From positions 1-64,000 of the forward strand of contig OY781066.1 in the NCBI GenBank assembly GCA_963676395.1: a DNA stretch of 64,000 nt, read 5' to 3'. A model generated the notes under the pieces. It was not told the DNA's origin. It did not search any database and saw only the letters and a list, made by a program, of their open reading frames with translations. The position numbers and the translations under genes were made by a program. The stretch is from a bacterium. GTDB lineage: Bacteria > Fidelibacterota > Fidelibacteria > Fidelibacterales > Fidelibacteraceae. Shown here one piece after another: positions 11,523-21,286 of this stretch (position 1 is its first letter; every line of letters begins with the position of its first letter).

Positions 11523-12548
11523 ATGAAAAAGATATTTATAATGCTTTTTATTGTACTTTCCTTTGCTTTATCTGCCTTCGGCGAAAGCTATTACGTGCGC
11601 GGAACACACAATGGATGGGGTACCGACGGTGGTGAATTAAGGGCTAAAAACATTGGTGGAAGCGCTTATTATGGCTTGACAATGGCAGTCAGCGATTCGG
11701 GTACATTTAAAATTGCCGATAGTGTCTGGGCAAATCAATGGTCAACATCTGTAAGCTCCTATGATGCCATTACAAGCATGAGTTGGAACAGCGAAAATGC
11801 CTACTGGCTTTCACCTACTCAAGATTATGTTCATATATCAGTTCATGATCCCGATTTACATACGGGTTCAAGCTTATCAGTAGGTGTCATGGCTTTAAGT
11901 TCCGATACCCTAAGTATAATAGACTCGCTCAAAGATAACAGCTCAGAGAGCGCCGTAGAGAATGATACGGTTACTGTAACACTGTATACCTCTCAAACAC
12001 TGTTAGGTGAAGAAAATTTATATATTCGTTATACCGAAGACAATTGGAGTACATCCAAAGCCGTTAAAGCAAGTGGTACGGGAACGACATACACGGCAGA
12101 TATCGTATCTGAAATTCGCGATACGCTGATGTATTATGCATTTACGTCAACTTTAGATTGGGAAACTTCTGCTGACTTACGCAATAACACGGATCTATTG
12201 ACTTTGAAAGCTAATACTAATGGCGGAGATAATTACTCCTATGTAATAAATGGAAATACCGCTCCTGTTATTGCGCCTGTCGAAGATCAGACGATCAAAG
12301 AAGGAAATACGCTCGATCTGACCATTACGGCCACCGATGTCGATGATGATGCTTTATCATGGTCCGCCACAGGATTTGGTACAGGGATCGATACGGCAAC
12401 GGTCGATGGAAACTTTACGATAAGTTTCACTCCCGATTACGATGAAGCCGGGCGAGTTGATACGATAACGGTTAGCGTTTCCGATGGCAGAAGCGAAACG
12501 ACGAGCGCTATTGCGGTTGGTCGGATGAAAATAAACCTAAATCGATAA
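11523..12548 (+). CDS. Secreted protein with putative starch-binding-like modules and a C-terminal cadherin-like domain
   Basis: Signal peptide; YYVRGTHNGW (SusE/F-like CBM start); LYIRYTEDNW (CBM-like); NTAP...EGNTL...ATDVDDD...PDYDEAG...VSDG. Confidence 0.7.
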   Translation: MKKIFIMLFIVLSFALSAFGESYYVRGTHNGWGTDGGELRAKNIGGSAYYGLTMAVSDSGTFKIADSVWANQWSTSVSSYDAITSMSWNSENAYWLSPTQDYVHISVHDPDLHTGSSLSVGVMALSSDTLSIIDSLKDNSSESAVENDTVTVTLYTSQTLLGEENLYIRYTEDNWSTSKAVKASGTGTTYTADIVSEIRDTLMYYAFTSTLDWETSADLRNNTDLLTLKANTNGGDNYSYVINGNTAPVIAPVEDQTIKEGNTLDLTITATDVDDDALSWSATGFGTGIDTATVDGNFTISFTPDYDEAGRVDTITVSVSDGRSETTSAIAVGRMKINLNR

Positions 12549-12720
12549 TACATAATCAATGAATATTCCGAGTCATCCTTATATAAGCTAAACAGCAATA
12601 TCATTCGCTAATTATAATTATTCTTGCATTTTCACCAAATTTTATCAAATAATTATCGATTATCACTTGCAATTAGAAATTAACCACTGTATTTTTACCT
12701 AACATTTGACAAGATGAGCT

Positions 12721-12792
12721 ATGAAGAAAAATTTAACTAACATCGTGGTCAACATTATTATTCTTATTCTTGGATGCTATAGCGTGCAATAG
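12721..12792 (+). CDS. ilv operon leader peptide (MKKNLTNIVVNIIILILGCYSVQ)
   Basis: 23-aa ORF with the run IVVNIIILIL immediately upstream of the attenuator and ilvD. Confidence 0.85.
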   Translation: MKKNLTNIVVNIIILILGCYSVQ

Positions 12793-12852
12793 GACAAGAT
12801 AAAAAAGATAAAAAATCGACCTCCATTGCACGCCGCGAAGGAGGTTTTTTTT
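12755..12852 (+). promoter_or_regulatory. Transcription attenuator of the ilv operon
   Basis: Terminator ACCTCC...GGAGGT plus T-run (12819-12852); antiterminator GCGTGCAAT (12782-12790) is exactly complementary to ATTGCACGC (12825-12833). Confidence 0.85.
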
Positions 12853-12964
12853 AAGACAGCGGTTTTTTGATATCCGGACAAGGAACGCCCTCATTTGAAA
12901 CTCGTAATGAAATCGAATATCACATATCGTTAATCCTTGTTCAATTTTCAAAAAGGAGAAAAAA

Positions 12965-14632
12965 TTGAGATCAGACAACGTTAAAAAAGGTTTCGAAAGA
13001 GCACCTCACAGATCCTTACTCCATGCTTGTGGCGTAAAGCATGAAGACATGCATAAGCCCTTTATTGTGGTAGTATCTTCGCATACCGATATTGTACCCG
13101 GTCATGTAAATCTTGATAAAACTGCCGAATTGGTAAAAGAAGAGATCATTAAAGCAGGTGGCGTCCCTTTTGTTTTTAACTCTATTGCGGTTTGCGATGG
13201 TATTGCTATGGGGCATAACGGTATGCGCTATTCACTACTTTCCCGTGAAATTATTGCTGATTCTGTAGAAACTATGATACGCGCTCATCAGTTTGACGGT
13301 ATGGTGTGTATTCCCAACTGCGATAAGATCGTTCCGGGTATGTTGATGGCATCGGTCAGACTTAATATCCCCACCATTTTTGTTTCCGGTGGTCCTATGA
13401 AAGCCGGAAAAATGAAAGATGGCTCAGTTTCGGATCTTATTACGGTTTTTGAAGGTGTGGGAGCTTATAAAGAAGGTAATATTACCGAAGAAGAGCTTAC
13501 GGAAATAGAACAGTGCTCTTGTCCCTCTTGGGGCTCTTGCTCAGGCATGTTCACCGCTAATTCCATGAATTGCCTCTGCGAAGCTATTGGCATCGCGCTT
13601 CCCGGTAATGGAAGCATTCTTGCAATAGATCCAAAACGTGAAGAACTCTTTAAAACAGCCGCTAAACGCATTCTTGAAATGGTAGATGAAGATCTTAAGG
13701 CAAAAGATATCATCACGAAAGAAGCCATAGATAATGCCATGGCACTTGATATGGCAATGGGCGGTTCAAGCAATACCGTACTTCATACTCTGGCGATTTG
13801 CTCCGAAGCAAAGATCGATTATGATATGTCACGTATGGATGAAATTTCAAAAAAAACACCGAACATTTGCAAGGTCTCCCCTTCTTCTGCGTATCATATG
13901 GAAGACGTGGATGCTGCAGGTGGTATCTCGGCCATTCTCAAAGAGATATCGAAATTGGGTGTTATCAATACAAACTGTAAAACTGTCACTGGAAAAACGC
14001 TAGGCGAAAATATTGCGAATGCCGATGTAAAGGATGATGCGGTTATCCATTCTTGTGATAATGCATATTCGCAATCCGGAGGATTGAGCGTGCTTAAGGG
14101 TAACCTGGCACTCGAAGGCTCTGTGGTCAAATCGGCCGGAGTAGCTCCCTCAATGATGGTATTTGAAGGACCGGCTGTGATCTTTGAATCTCAAGAAGAT
14201 GCCTGTGACGGTATTCTTGAAGGAAAGGTTAAAGCCGGAGATGTTGTTGTGATCCGCTACGAAGGGCCTAAAGGTGGTCCGGGTATGCAGGAAATGCTCT
14301 CCCCCACATCCTATATTATGGGACGTGGTCTGGGTGAATCGGTTGCATTGATCACTGACGGTCGCTTTTCGGGTGGAACCCGCGGCGCTTGTATAGGCCA
14401 CATAGCTCCCGAAGCAGCAGCAGGAGGAACGATTGGAATACTCAAGGACGGTGACATTATCTCCATTGATATTCCGGCAAACAAACTAGAGGTTAAGCTC
14501 AGCGATGAAGAGATCGCAAGCCGTAAGGTCGGCTGGACGCCGAATCCTCCACGTATTGACTATGGAGCGCTCGGTCGCTATGCTGTAATGGCACAGTCGG
14601 CATCTAAAGGTGCGGTTACAAATATTAAATAA
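12965..14632 (+). CDS. ilvD: Dihydroxy-acid dehydratase
   Basis: [42 protein letters not shown] start after AGGAG. Confidence 0.97.
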   Translation: MRSDNVKKGFERAPHRSLLHACGVKHEDMHKPFIVVVSSHTDIVPGHVNLDKTAELVKEEIIKAGGVPFVFNSIAVCDGIAMGHNGMRYSLLSREIIADSVETMIRAHQFDGMVCIPNCDKIVPGMLMASVRLNIPTIFVSGGPMKAGKMKDGSVSDLITVFEGVGAYKEGNITEEELTEIEQCSCPSWGSCSGMFTANSMNCLCEAIGIALPGNGSILAIDPKREELFKTAAKRILEMVDEDLKAKDIITKEAIDNAMALDMAMGGSSNTVLHTLAICSEAKIDYDMSRMDEISKKTPNICKVSPSSAYHMEDVDAAGGISAILKEISKLGVINTNCKTVTGKTLGENIANADVKDDAVIHSCDNAYSQSGGLSVLKGNLALEGSVVKSAGVAPSMMVFEGPAVIFESQEDACDGILEGKVKAGDVVVIRYEGPKGGPGMQEMLSPTSYIMGRGLGESVALITDGRFSGGTRGACIGHIAPEAAAGGTIGILKDGDIISIDIPANKLEVKLSDEEIASRKVGWTPNPPRIDYGALGRYAVMAQSASKGAVTNIK

Positions 14633-14676
14633 ATGTATGTTGTTAAGACGGATCATTATAAAGACAAGGATTTAAA

Positions 14677-16422
14677 ATGAACGGCTCACAAATAGTAGTA
14701 GACGCATTAAAGAAAGAAGGAGTTGATACACTTTTCGGGTATCCCGGTGGTGTTGTAATCCCTATCTTTGATACGCTATTTAAAGAGAGAGAATTGAATG
14801 TAATATTAAATAGACATGAACAGGCTGCTGTGCACGCTGCTGACGGTTATGCGCGTTCCACAGGTAAGGTTGGTGTTGCGCTGGTGACATCCGGCCCAGG
14901 TGCTACCAATGCTATTACCGGAATTGCGACCGCTAAATTGGACTCTGTGCCTATTGTGGTTATTTCCGGTCAGGTACATAATAATTTTATCGGTACCGAT
15001 GGTTTTCAGGAAGTGGATATGAATGGAATGACTCGAACCATTTCCAAGCACAATTATCTGGTTACCAAGGTCGAAGATCTGCCTAAAGCAATGAAAGAAG
15101 CTTTTTATATCGCCAGAACCGGTCGACCCGGTCCCGTTTCGATCGATATCCCTGTTGATGTATTAAACTCAATTTTAGATACTTATGAGTATCCCAAGAA
15201 AGTTGATCTTCCCGGGTATAAACCTACGATCAAAGGTAATCCCAAGCAGATCAAGAAACTTGCAGAGACTATTCAAAAAGCCGAATGTCCTCTATTTTAC
15301 ACCGGAGGTGGTATTGTGGCGGCCGGTGCAGAAAAAGAACTACTGTCAATTGTTGAAAAAACCAATATTCCCTTTGTTACTACGCTTATGGGACTTGGAA
15401 CTTCAGCTTCTACTCACCCCTTATTTCTTGGCATGCCCGGGATGCATGGACGTTACGCGGCCAATCATGCTATTATGCAATGTGATTTATTGATCGCTGT
15501 GGGTTCACGCTTTGATGATCGCGTAACCGGAGATATTAAGCGTTTTGCTCCCAATGCAAAGACAATAGCGCATATTGATATCGATCCCGCTGAGATCGGT
15601 AAGAATATACATACGGAAATACCGGTTGTCGGCGACGCAAAAGAGGTACTTAGAGAGCTAAACAAGCTTCTAAAAGATCGTCCGGCTAACGGATGGTGCA
15701 AAAAAGTTACGGCATGGCGCGAAGAAAATCCTCTGCATTACAAAGCGGATAATGAAAAAGGAATGGCGCCACAATACGTATTGGAAAAGCTTTCCGAAAT
15801 GACAAAAGATAATGCTATTATTGTAACTGATGTCGGACAACATCAAATGTTTTCAGCATTATTCTATGAACATAAAAACCCACGCTGTTTCATATCGTCC
15901 GGTGGTCTTGGTACCATGGGTTTTGGTTTGCCGGCAGCAATGGGAGCTACATTGGCTAATCCCGGTCGTGAAGTCGTGGCCGTATGTGGAGACGGCGGTT
16001 TTCAGATGAGTATTCAGGAATTAGCTACCTGCGCGATCAATAAAATCCCCGTTAAAGCACTGGTTATCAATAATCAATATTTAGGTATGGTTCGTCAGTG
16101 GCAGGAGCTGTTTTGGGATAAAAAATACTCAAAAGTTTGTTTAAAACAAACACCTGATTGTCCCCCCGAATGCAAGGGGCCCAATCCCTTATGTCCGGAG
16201 GTCTATCTTCCTGATTTTGTGAAAGTTGCAGAAGCTAATGGCGTTATGGGTTTAAGAGCTGAAAACGCCCGGGAATTGGAAGCCATGCTTGAGAAAGGAT
16301 TAGCTCACAACGGACCTGTTGTTATGGAGTGTATCGTCCGTAAAGAAGAGAATGTTTATCCCATGGTTCCCGGCGGAAAAGCTATCGATGAAATGTTGCT
16401 TCACCCCGAGGAGGATGCTTAA
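14677..16422 (+). CDS. ilvB: Acetolactate synthase large subunit
   Basis: FGYPGG, RHEQAAVHAADGYAR, GDGGFQM, LGMVRQWQ. Confidence 0.97.
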   Translation: MNGSQIVVDALKKEGVDTLFGYPGGVVIPIFDTLFKERELNVILNRHEQAAVHAADGYARSTGKVGVALVTSGPGATNAITGIATAKLDSVPIVVISGQVHNNFIGTDGFQEVDMNGMTRTISKHNYLVTKVEDLPKAMKEAFYIARTGRPGPVSIDIPVDVLNSILDTYEYPKKVDLPGYKPTIKGNPKQIKKLAETIQKAECPLFYTGGGIVAAGAEKELLSIVEKTNIPFVTTLMGLGTSASTHPLFLGMPGMHGRYAANHAIMQCDLLIAVGSRFDDRVTGDIKRFAPNAKTIAHIDIDPAEIGKNIHTEIPVVGDAKEVLRELNKLLKDRPANGWCKKVTAWREENPLHYKADNEKGMAPQYVLEKLSEMTKDNAIIVTDVGQHQMFSALFYEHKNPRCFISSGGLGTMGFGLPAAMGATLANPGREVVAVCGDGGFQMSIQELATCAINKIPVKALVINNQYLGMVRQWQELFWDKKYSKVCLKQTPDCPPECKGPNPLCPEVYLPDFVKVAEANGVMGLRAENARELEAMLEKGLAHNGPVVMECIVRKEENVYPMVPGGKAIDEMLLHPEEDA

Positions 16423-16902
16423 ATGAAAACAAAACATACCATTAGATTGCAAGTATTGAATACGGTTGGTGTTATGGCACGTATTACCGGCTTGATTTCA
16501 CAGCGAGGTTACAATATAGATAGCATTATCGCCACACCGAATGAAACGGATGAGATTTATACCGTTCATCTGGTTTTGACCGAAACCGAAGAAAAAATAG
16601 AGCAGATATCAAAACAATTGAATAAATTGATCGACGTACTGAAAGTCACCGATATTTCTCATGACAAGAATTACATCGTACGTGAATTTATTATGGCTAA
16701 AGTGTCAACGGCTAAAAACCGGTCGGATCTTTTGCAGATCATTGACCTGTTCAGAGCAAAGGTCCTAGATCTTACACCCAATTATGTAGTTGTAAGCATT
16801 ACGGGGTCACCCAGAAAATTGCAACGCTTTCTTGAAGCCATTCATCCTTTTGGAGTTCAAGAACTTGACAGAAGTGGTGAATTTGCGGTATTAGATGTAT
16901 AG
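16423..16902 (+). CDS. ilvN: Acetolactate synthase regulatory subunit
   Basis: ACT domain RGYNIDSI...QLNKLIDV; directly follows ilvB. Confidence 0.93.
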   Translation: MKTKHTIRLQVLNTVGVMARITGLISQRGYNIDSIIATPNETDEIYTVHLVLTETEEKIEQISKQLNKLIDVLKVTDISHDKNYIVREFIMAKVSTAKNRSDLLQIIDLFRAKVLDLTPNYVVVSITGSPRKLQRFLEAIHPFGVQELDRSGEFAVLDV

Positions 16903-16976
16903 GAATAATTAATTAGTGAATGTAAGGGTACAAATCTTGTGCCCACTTAAATAATAAGACTTAGGAGAAATTTAAA

Positions 16977-17972
16977 ATGTCCATCAAAATGTATTACGAC
17001 AAAGATGCAAAACCCGAATTGCTCAAAGATAAAACCATTGCCATTATCGGTTACGGTTCACAGGGGCATGCCCAAGGCCAAAACCTTCGTGATAGCGGCT
17101 ATAATGTAATTATTGGCGAATTGGAAGGTACCGATAACTTTAAACTTGCTCAAGAGCACGGCTTTAAACCCATGAGCGCCAAAGAAGCTTCTGCAAAAGC
17201 GGATATTGTTCAGATCCTTCTTCCGGATGAACTTCAAAAGAAAGTTTACGAAGCAGAGATAGAAGAAAACATGACTTCAGGTAAAGCGCTTGTATTTTCA
17301 CATGGTTTCAATATCCATTATAAGCAAATCGTCCCTCCTGCTGATGTTGATGTTTATATGGTTGCCCCCAAAGGTCCCGGTCATCTTGTTCGTCGTCAGT
17401 TTGAAGAAGGCGGCGGTGTCCCCGCTTTAATTGCTGTTTTCCAAGATGCAACAGGTAAGGCCAGAGATATGGCTCTAACGCAAGCTTGCGGTACCGGTGC
17501 AGGTCGTGCAGGAATTATCGAAAGCACATTTAAAGATGAAACCGAAACAGACCTTTTTGGAGAACAAGCCGTACTTTGTGGCGGTCTTACCGAATTGATC
17601 CGTGCAGGATTTGATACGCTGGTTGAAGCAGGTTATAAACCCGAAATGGCATACTTTGAATGTCTGCATGAAGTTAAATTGATCACTGACCTTATATTTG
17701 AAGGCGGTATTGCCAATATGCGCTCATCAATCTCAGATACAGCTGAATATGGTGATTTAACCCGTGGTCGTCGCGTGATAACAGATGAAACACGCAAAGA
17801 AATGAAAAATATTCTTGGAGAGATCCAGGATGGTACATTTGCCAAGGAATGGATCAATGAAAATGCTACAGGTCGTCCTGTTTACACCAAAGTAAAAGAA
17901 GCAGATGAAAAGCATCTGATTGAGACTGTAGGTGCAAAGCTTCGCGGTATGATGAGTTGGCTAAAAAAATAA
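16977..17972 (+). CDS. ilvC: Ketol-acid reductoisomerase
   Basis: [32 protein letters not shown]. Confidence 0.97.
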   Translation: MSIKMYYDKDAKPELLKDKTIAIIGYGSQGHAQGQNLRDSGYNVIIGELEGTDNFKLAQEHGFKPMSAKEASAKADIVQILLPDELQKKVYEAEIEENMTSGKALVFSHGFNIHYKQIVPPADVDVYMVAPKGPGHLVRRQFEEGGGVPALIAVFQDATGKARDMALTQACGTGAGRAGIIESTFKDETETDLFGEQAVLCGGLTELIRAGFDTLVEAGYKPEMAYFECLHEVKLITDLIFEGGIANMRSSISDTAEYGDLTRGRRVITDETRKEMKNILGEIQDGTFAKEWINENATGRPVYTKVKEADEKHLIETVGAKLRGMMSWLKK

Positions 17973-17981
17973 TAAAGGATT

Positions 17982-18011
17982 TGTAAGGAACGGCCACAGC
18001 CGTTCCTTACA
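17982..18011 (+). repeat. REP-like palindrome / intra-operon hairpin
   Basis: TGTAAGGAACGG-CCACAG-CCGTTCCTTACA perfect 12-bp stem; related weaker TGTAAGG-initiated hairpin at 16921-16947. Confidence 0.55.
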
Positions 18012-18022
18012 TTTTTATAATA

Positions 18023-19606
18023 ATGAGCAATAAAATCCAAATCTTTGATACTCTATTACGCGATGGCACGCAATCTGCAGCGGTTTCATTCTCATTAGAG
18101 GATAAACTGCGGATTGCTCAGGAATTGGATGCATTCGGGATCGATTATATCGAAGGCGGCTGGCCGGGATCCAATCCCAAAGATCAGCTTTTCTTTGAAA
18201 AAGCGGCCTCCCTCCCTTTTAAGCATGCTAAGCTCGTGGCATTCGGTTCCACACGTAGAGCAAAATACTCAGCCGAAGATGATCCAAATCTAAAAGCTCT
18301 TTTACAGGCTAATACACCCGCAGTAGCGATCTTTGGGAAATCCTGGACGTTACACGTTAAAAAAGCCCTAAAGATCTCTTTGAACGAAAATATTAAAATG
18401 ATCGCCGAGTCCGTCCAATTTATGAAAAAAAACGGACGTGAAGTTATATACGATGCGGAACATTTCTTTGACGGCTACAAGGATGACCCGGATTATGCGC
18501 TTAAAACGCTTCAGGCGGCCGAAAAAGCCGGGGCCGACACATTGGTTCTGTGTGATACCAACGGTGGCACACAAACCCTGGAATTACTTTATATAATTAA
18601 AGAAGTTCTTCAGCAAGTATCAGCACGAGTGGGTGTTCATCTGCATAATGATGCAGATATGGCGGTTGCCAATACGGTTGCAGCCGTTGAAGCCGGTTGT
18701 CAGCATGTTCAAGGTACCATAAATGGTTATGGAGAACGATGCGGTAATGCCAATTTATGCTCCGTAATCCCTAATCTTCAGTTGAAACGCGATTATGAGT
18801 GCATACCTTCTGATCAGATACCAAAGATCACGCGTATTTCAAAATTGATCTCAGAGTTGGCTAATTTGTCTCCGGTAAACAATATGCCTTTTGTAGGTTC
18901 TTCTGCGTTCGCCCACAAGGGCGGCATACATGTATCAGCCGTATTGAAAGACGCCAGTACTTACGAGCATATTAAACCGGAAAGTATTGGTAATAAACGA
19001 GAAGTGCTACTTTCGGATCTATCGGGACGCTCAAATTTGGTATATAAAGCCGATGAATTGGGTTTGGATATTTCCAAACATGATAAAGAGATCCCCGAGA
19101 TCATTAAAGTGTTAAAACAGAAAGAGCATGAAGGTTACCAGTATGAGGGAGCCGAAGATTCGCTTAAACTGCTTATCAGGAAGGTCACCGGTGAATGGAA
19201 ATCTTACTTTGATCTTGAAGGATTTCGTGTACTGGTTGAAAAAGACGCAACGGATGGCACACGCTCTGAGGCGACTGTCCGTATGCTTGTAAATAATAAA
19301 AAAGAACATACCGCGGCAGAAGGTGATGGTCCGATCCATGCGCTTGATCGCGCGCTACGACAAGCTTTACGACCTTTTTACCCCGAAATAAAACTTTTAC
19401 GCTTGGTCGATTACAAGGTTCGTGTTATTAACGGCAAAGAAGCAACAGCATCAAAAGTTCGTGTATTGATCGAATCCGCTTATGGTAATAATCGCATCAA
19501 CACTGTTGGAGTTTCGGAAAATATCGATGAAGCATCCTGGGAAGCCCTTACTGATTCGGTTTCTTGCTTTTTGCATGAAATGGATCCGGAAAAAATAGGC
19601 GATTAA
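18023..19606 (+). CDS. cimA: Citramalate synthase (CimA, LeuA-like family)
   Basis: DTLLRDG, YIEGGWPGSNPKD, IFGKSW, YDAEHFFDG, AHKGGIH. Confidence 0.88.
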   Translation: MSNKIQIFDTLLRDGTQSAAVSFSLEDKLRIAQELDAFGIDYIEGGWPGSNPKDQLFFEKAASLPFKHAKLVAFGSTRRAKYSAEDDPNLKALLQANTPAVAIFGKSWTLHVKKALKISLNENIKMIAESVQFMKKNGREVIYDAEHFFDGYKDDPDYALKTLQAAEKAGADTLVLCDTNGGTQTLELLYIIKEVLQQVSARVGVHLHNDADMAVANTVAAVEAGCQHVQGTINGYGERCGNANLCSVIPNLQLKRDYECIPSDQIPKITRISKLISELANLSPVNNMPFVGSSAFAHKGGIHVSAVLKDASTYEHIKPESIGNKREVLLSDLSGRSNLVYKADELGLDISKHDKEIPEIIKVLKQKEHEGYQYEGAEDSLKLLIRKVTGEWKSYFDLEGFRVLVEKDATDGTRSEATVRMLVNNKKEHTAAEGDGPIHALDRALRQALRPFYPEIKLLRLVDYKVRVINGKEATASKVRVLIESAYGNNRINTVGVSENIDEASWEALTDSVSCFLHEMDPEKIGD

Positions 19607-19801
19607 ACAAACAGAGATAAACTTGATAACTGATTTTTGATAATATATTTCATCATTGAGAGCATGGAGCTTAGAAATAAGGTTTAAGGATATTAACGCA
19701 TTCCAGTCCTTGTTTATTTTATTGTTTTCCATTTCCCTACTTCTCCCTTCTCATGCATTAAACGAAGAAAAATCAAATATAAATTAAAGGATAAAAGCAT
19801 A

Positions 19802-20881
19802 ATGAAACATAAGATAGCTGTATTACCTGGCGACGGAATTGGTCCTGAGGTCATGGATGAGGCTTTAAAGGTCTTGGCCTGTGTACAAGAAAAGTATGAT
19901 GTTGAATTTGAATATAAACATGCACTTGTTGGCGGTGCCGCTTGGGATGACCATAAATGTCACCTTCCAAAAGAGACACTGGAAATTTGTCATAATTCGG
20001 ACGCCATATTATTTGGTTCAGTAGGTGGACCTGTAGCGGAACAGCATTTAGAGCGTTGGTCACGTGTTGAGGTAAATTCACTTTTGGGCTTGCGCAAAGA
20101 ATTTAAGCTTTATGCTAATCTCCGTCCCGCTAAGCTCTACCCTGCTCTCGCTGCCGCTTCTCCCCTTCGTGCCGATACGGCCGAAAAAGGCTTTGATATC
20201 TTAGTGGTTCGTGAGCTAACCGGTGGCATTTATTTCGGTGAACCGAAGGGACGTGCCGGTGAAGGTGAAAATGAATATGCTTTTGATACCTTGGTTTATG
20301 CCAAGAACGAGATCCGTCGTATTGCGCATGTAGCTTTTAAAGCTGCGCAGTCTCGCGGAAAAAAATTGACATCTATCGATAAGGCGAATGTATTGACAAG
20401 CATGGTCTTTTGGCGTGAAATCGTAGAAGAAGTGGCAAAGGAATATCCTGACGTTGCATATGAACCCATGTACGTGGATAATGCGGCTCAGCAATTGACC
20501 GTTAGACCGTCACAGTTCGACGTTATGCTCTGTGGTAATATGTTTGGTGACATTTTATCGGACGAAGCCGCAGCGATCACCGGATCACTTGGTATGCTTC
20601 CATCGGCCTCACTTGCGGATGGGACTTTTGGCATGTTTGAACCCGGTGGCGGATCCGCCCCCGATATTGCAGGACAAGGTATTGCCAACCCCATTGCTCA
20701 AATCATGAGTGCTGCTATGATGCTAAAATATTCTTTTGCTATGAATGAAGCTTATGATGATATTGCACAAGCTGTTGAAGCTGTGCTGAACGACGGCTAC
20801 CGAACCGGCGATATCAAGAATCCGGGGTGTAAGTTGGTTGGTACCAAGGAAATGGGTGATTTGATCACCGGGAAACTGTAA
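19802..20881 (+). CDS. leuB: 3-isopropylmalate dehydrogenase
   Basis: [38 protein letters not shown]. Confidence 0.96.
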   Translation: MKHKIAVLPGDGIGPEVMDEALKVLACVQEKYDVEFEYKHALVGGAAWDDHKCHLPKETLEICHNSDAILFGSVGGPVAEQHLERWSRVEVNSLLGLRKEFKLYANLRPAKLYPALAAASPLRADTAEKGFDILVVRELTGGIYFGEPKGRAGEGENEYAFDTLVYAKNEIRRIAHVAFKAAQSRGKKLTSIDKANVLTSMVFWREIVEEVAKEYPDVAYEPMYVDNAAQQLTVRPSQFDVMLCGNMFGDILSDEAAAITGSLGMLPSASLADGTFGMFEPGGGSAPDIAGQGIANPIAQIMSAAMMLKYSFAMNEAYDDIAQAVEAVLNDGYRTGDIKNPGCKLVGTKEMGDLITGKL

Positions 20882-20950
20882 GCACTATGCAGTAAGCAGT
20901 AAACTGTAAAAAGTGAACAGTAAACGGTCGTAAACAGTTTTAAAGTAAAT
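20876..20950 (+). repeat. Degenerate heptamer tandem repeat (CAGTAAR-like)
   Basis: ctgtaag cactatg cagtaag cagtaaa ctgtaaa aagtgaa cagtaaa. Confidence 0.6.
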
Positions 20951-20953
20951 AGA

Positions 20954-21281
20954 ATATAAAAAGGCGCGTCATTCGCGCCTTTTTATATTCTATATTTCAA
21001 TAAATAATTTAATCGTATAATAATCTATCATACTGTATACAATGTGTTTACATCAATATTGGTCTATTATAATATAATTAAATTATTCTTGTAATTATTA
21101 TAAATACTATTTATGTTATCTTAACAAAATAATAAATATGGTCTTACCTATAAGGAATACTGCATTAACAGCATATAGCAAATTGCATTATAAACATTAA
21201 GTACTTACCTGTTAACTGTGAAGTATTTTTCCCTTGATTTAAATATTGCATTGCAATTAATTAAAACAAATGTGAAAGGAA
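20954..21281 (+). repeat. ~328-bp non-coding direct repeat, copy 1 (terminator + promoter region + RBS)
   Basis: Manual alignment to 24443-24769 gives about 21 substitutions and 1 indel; begins with GGCGCG..CGCGCC terminator, ends TGAAAGGAA. Confidence 0.95.
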
Positions 21282-21286
21282 ATGTC

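Noticed and set aside
12733..12978. 81-aa minus-strand ORF upstream of ilvD
   Set aside because: Antisense to the leader peptide and attenuator, which explain the region
20876..21281. CRISPR array
   Set aside because: No regularly spaced 25-45-nt repeats with unique spacers and no cas genes anywhere in the window
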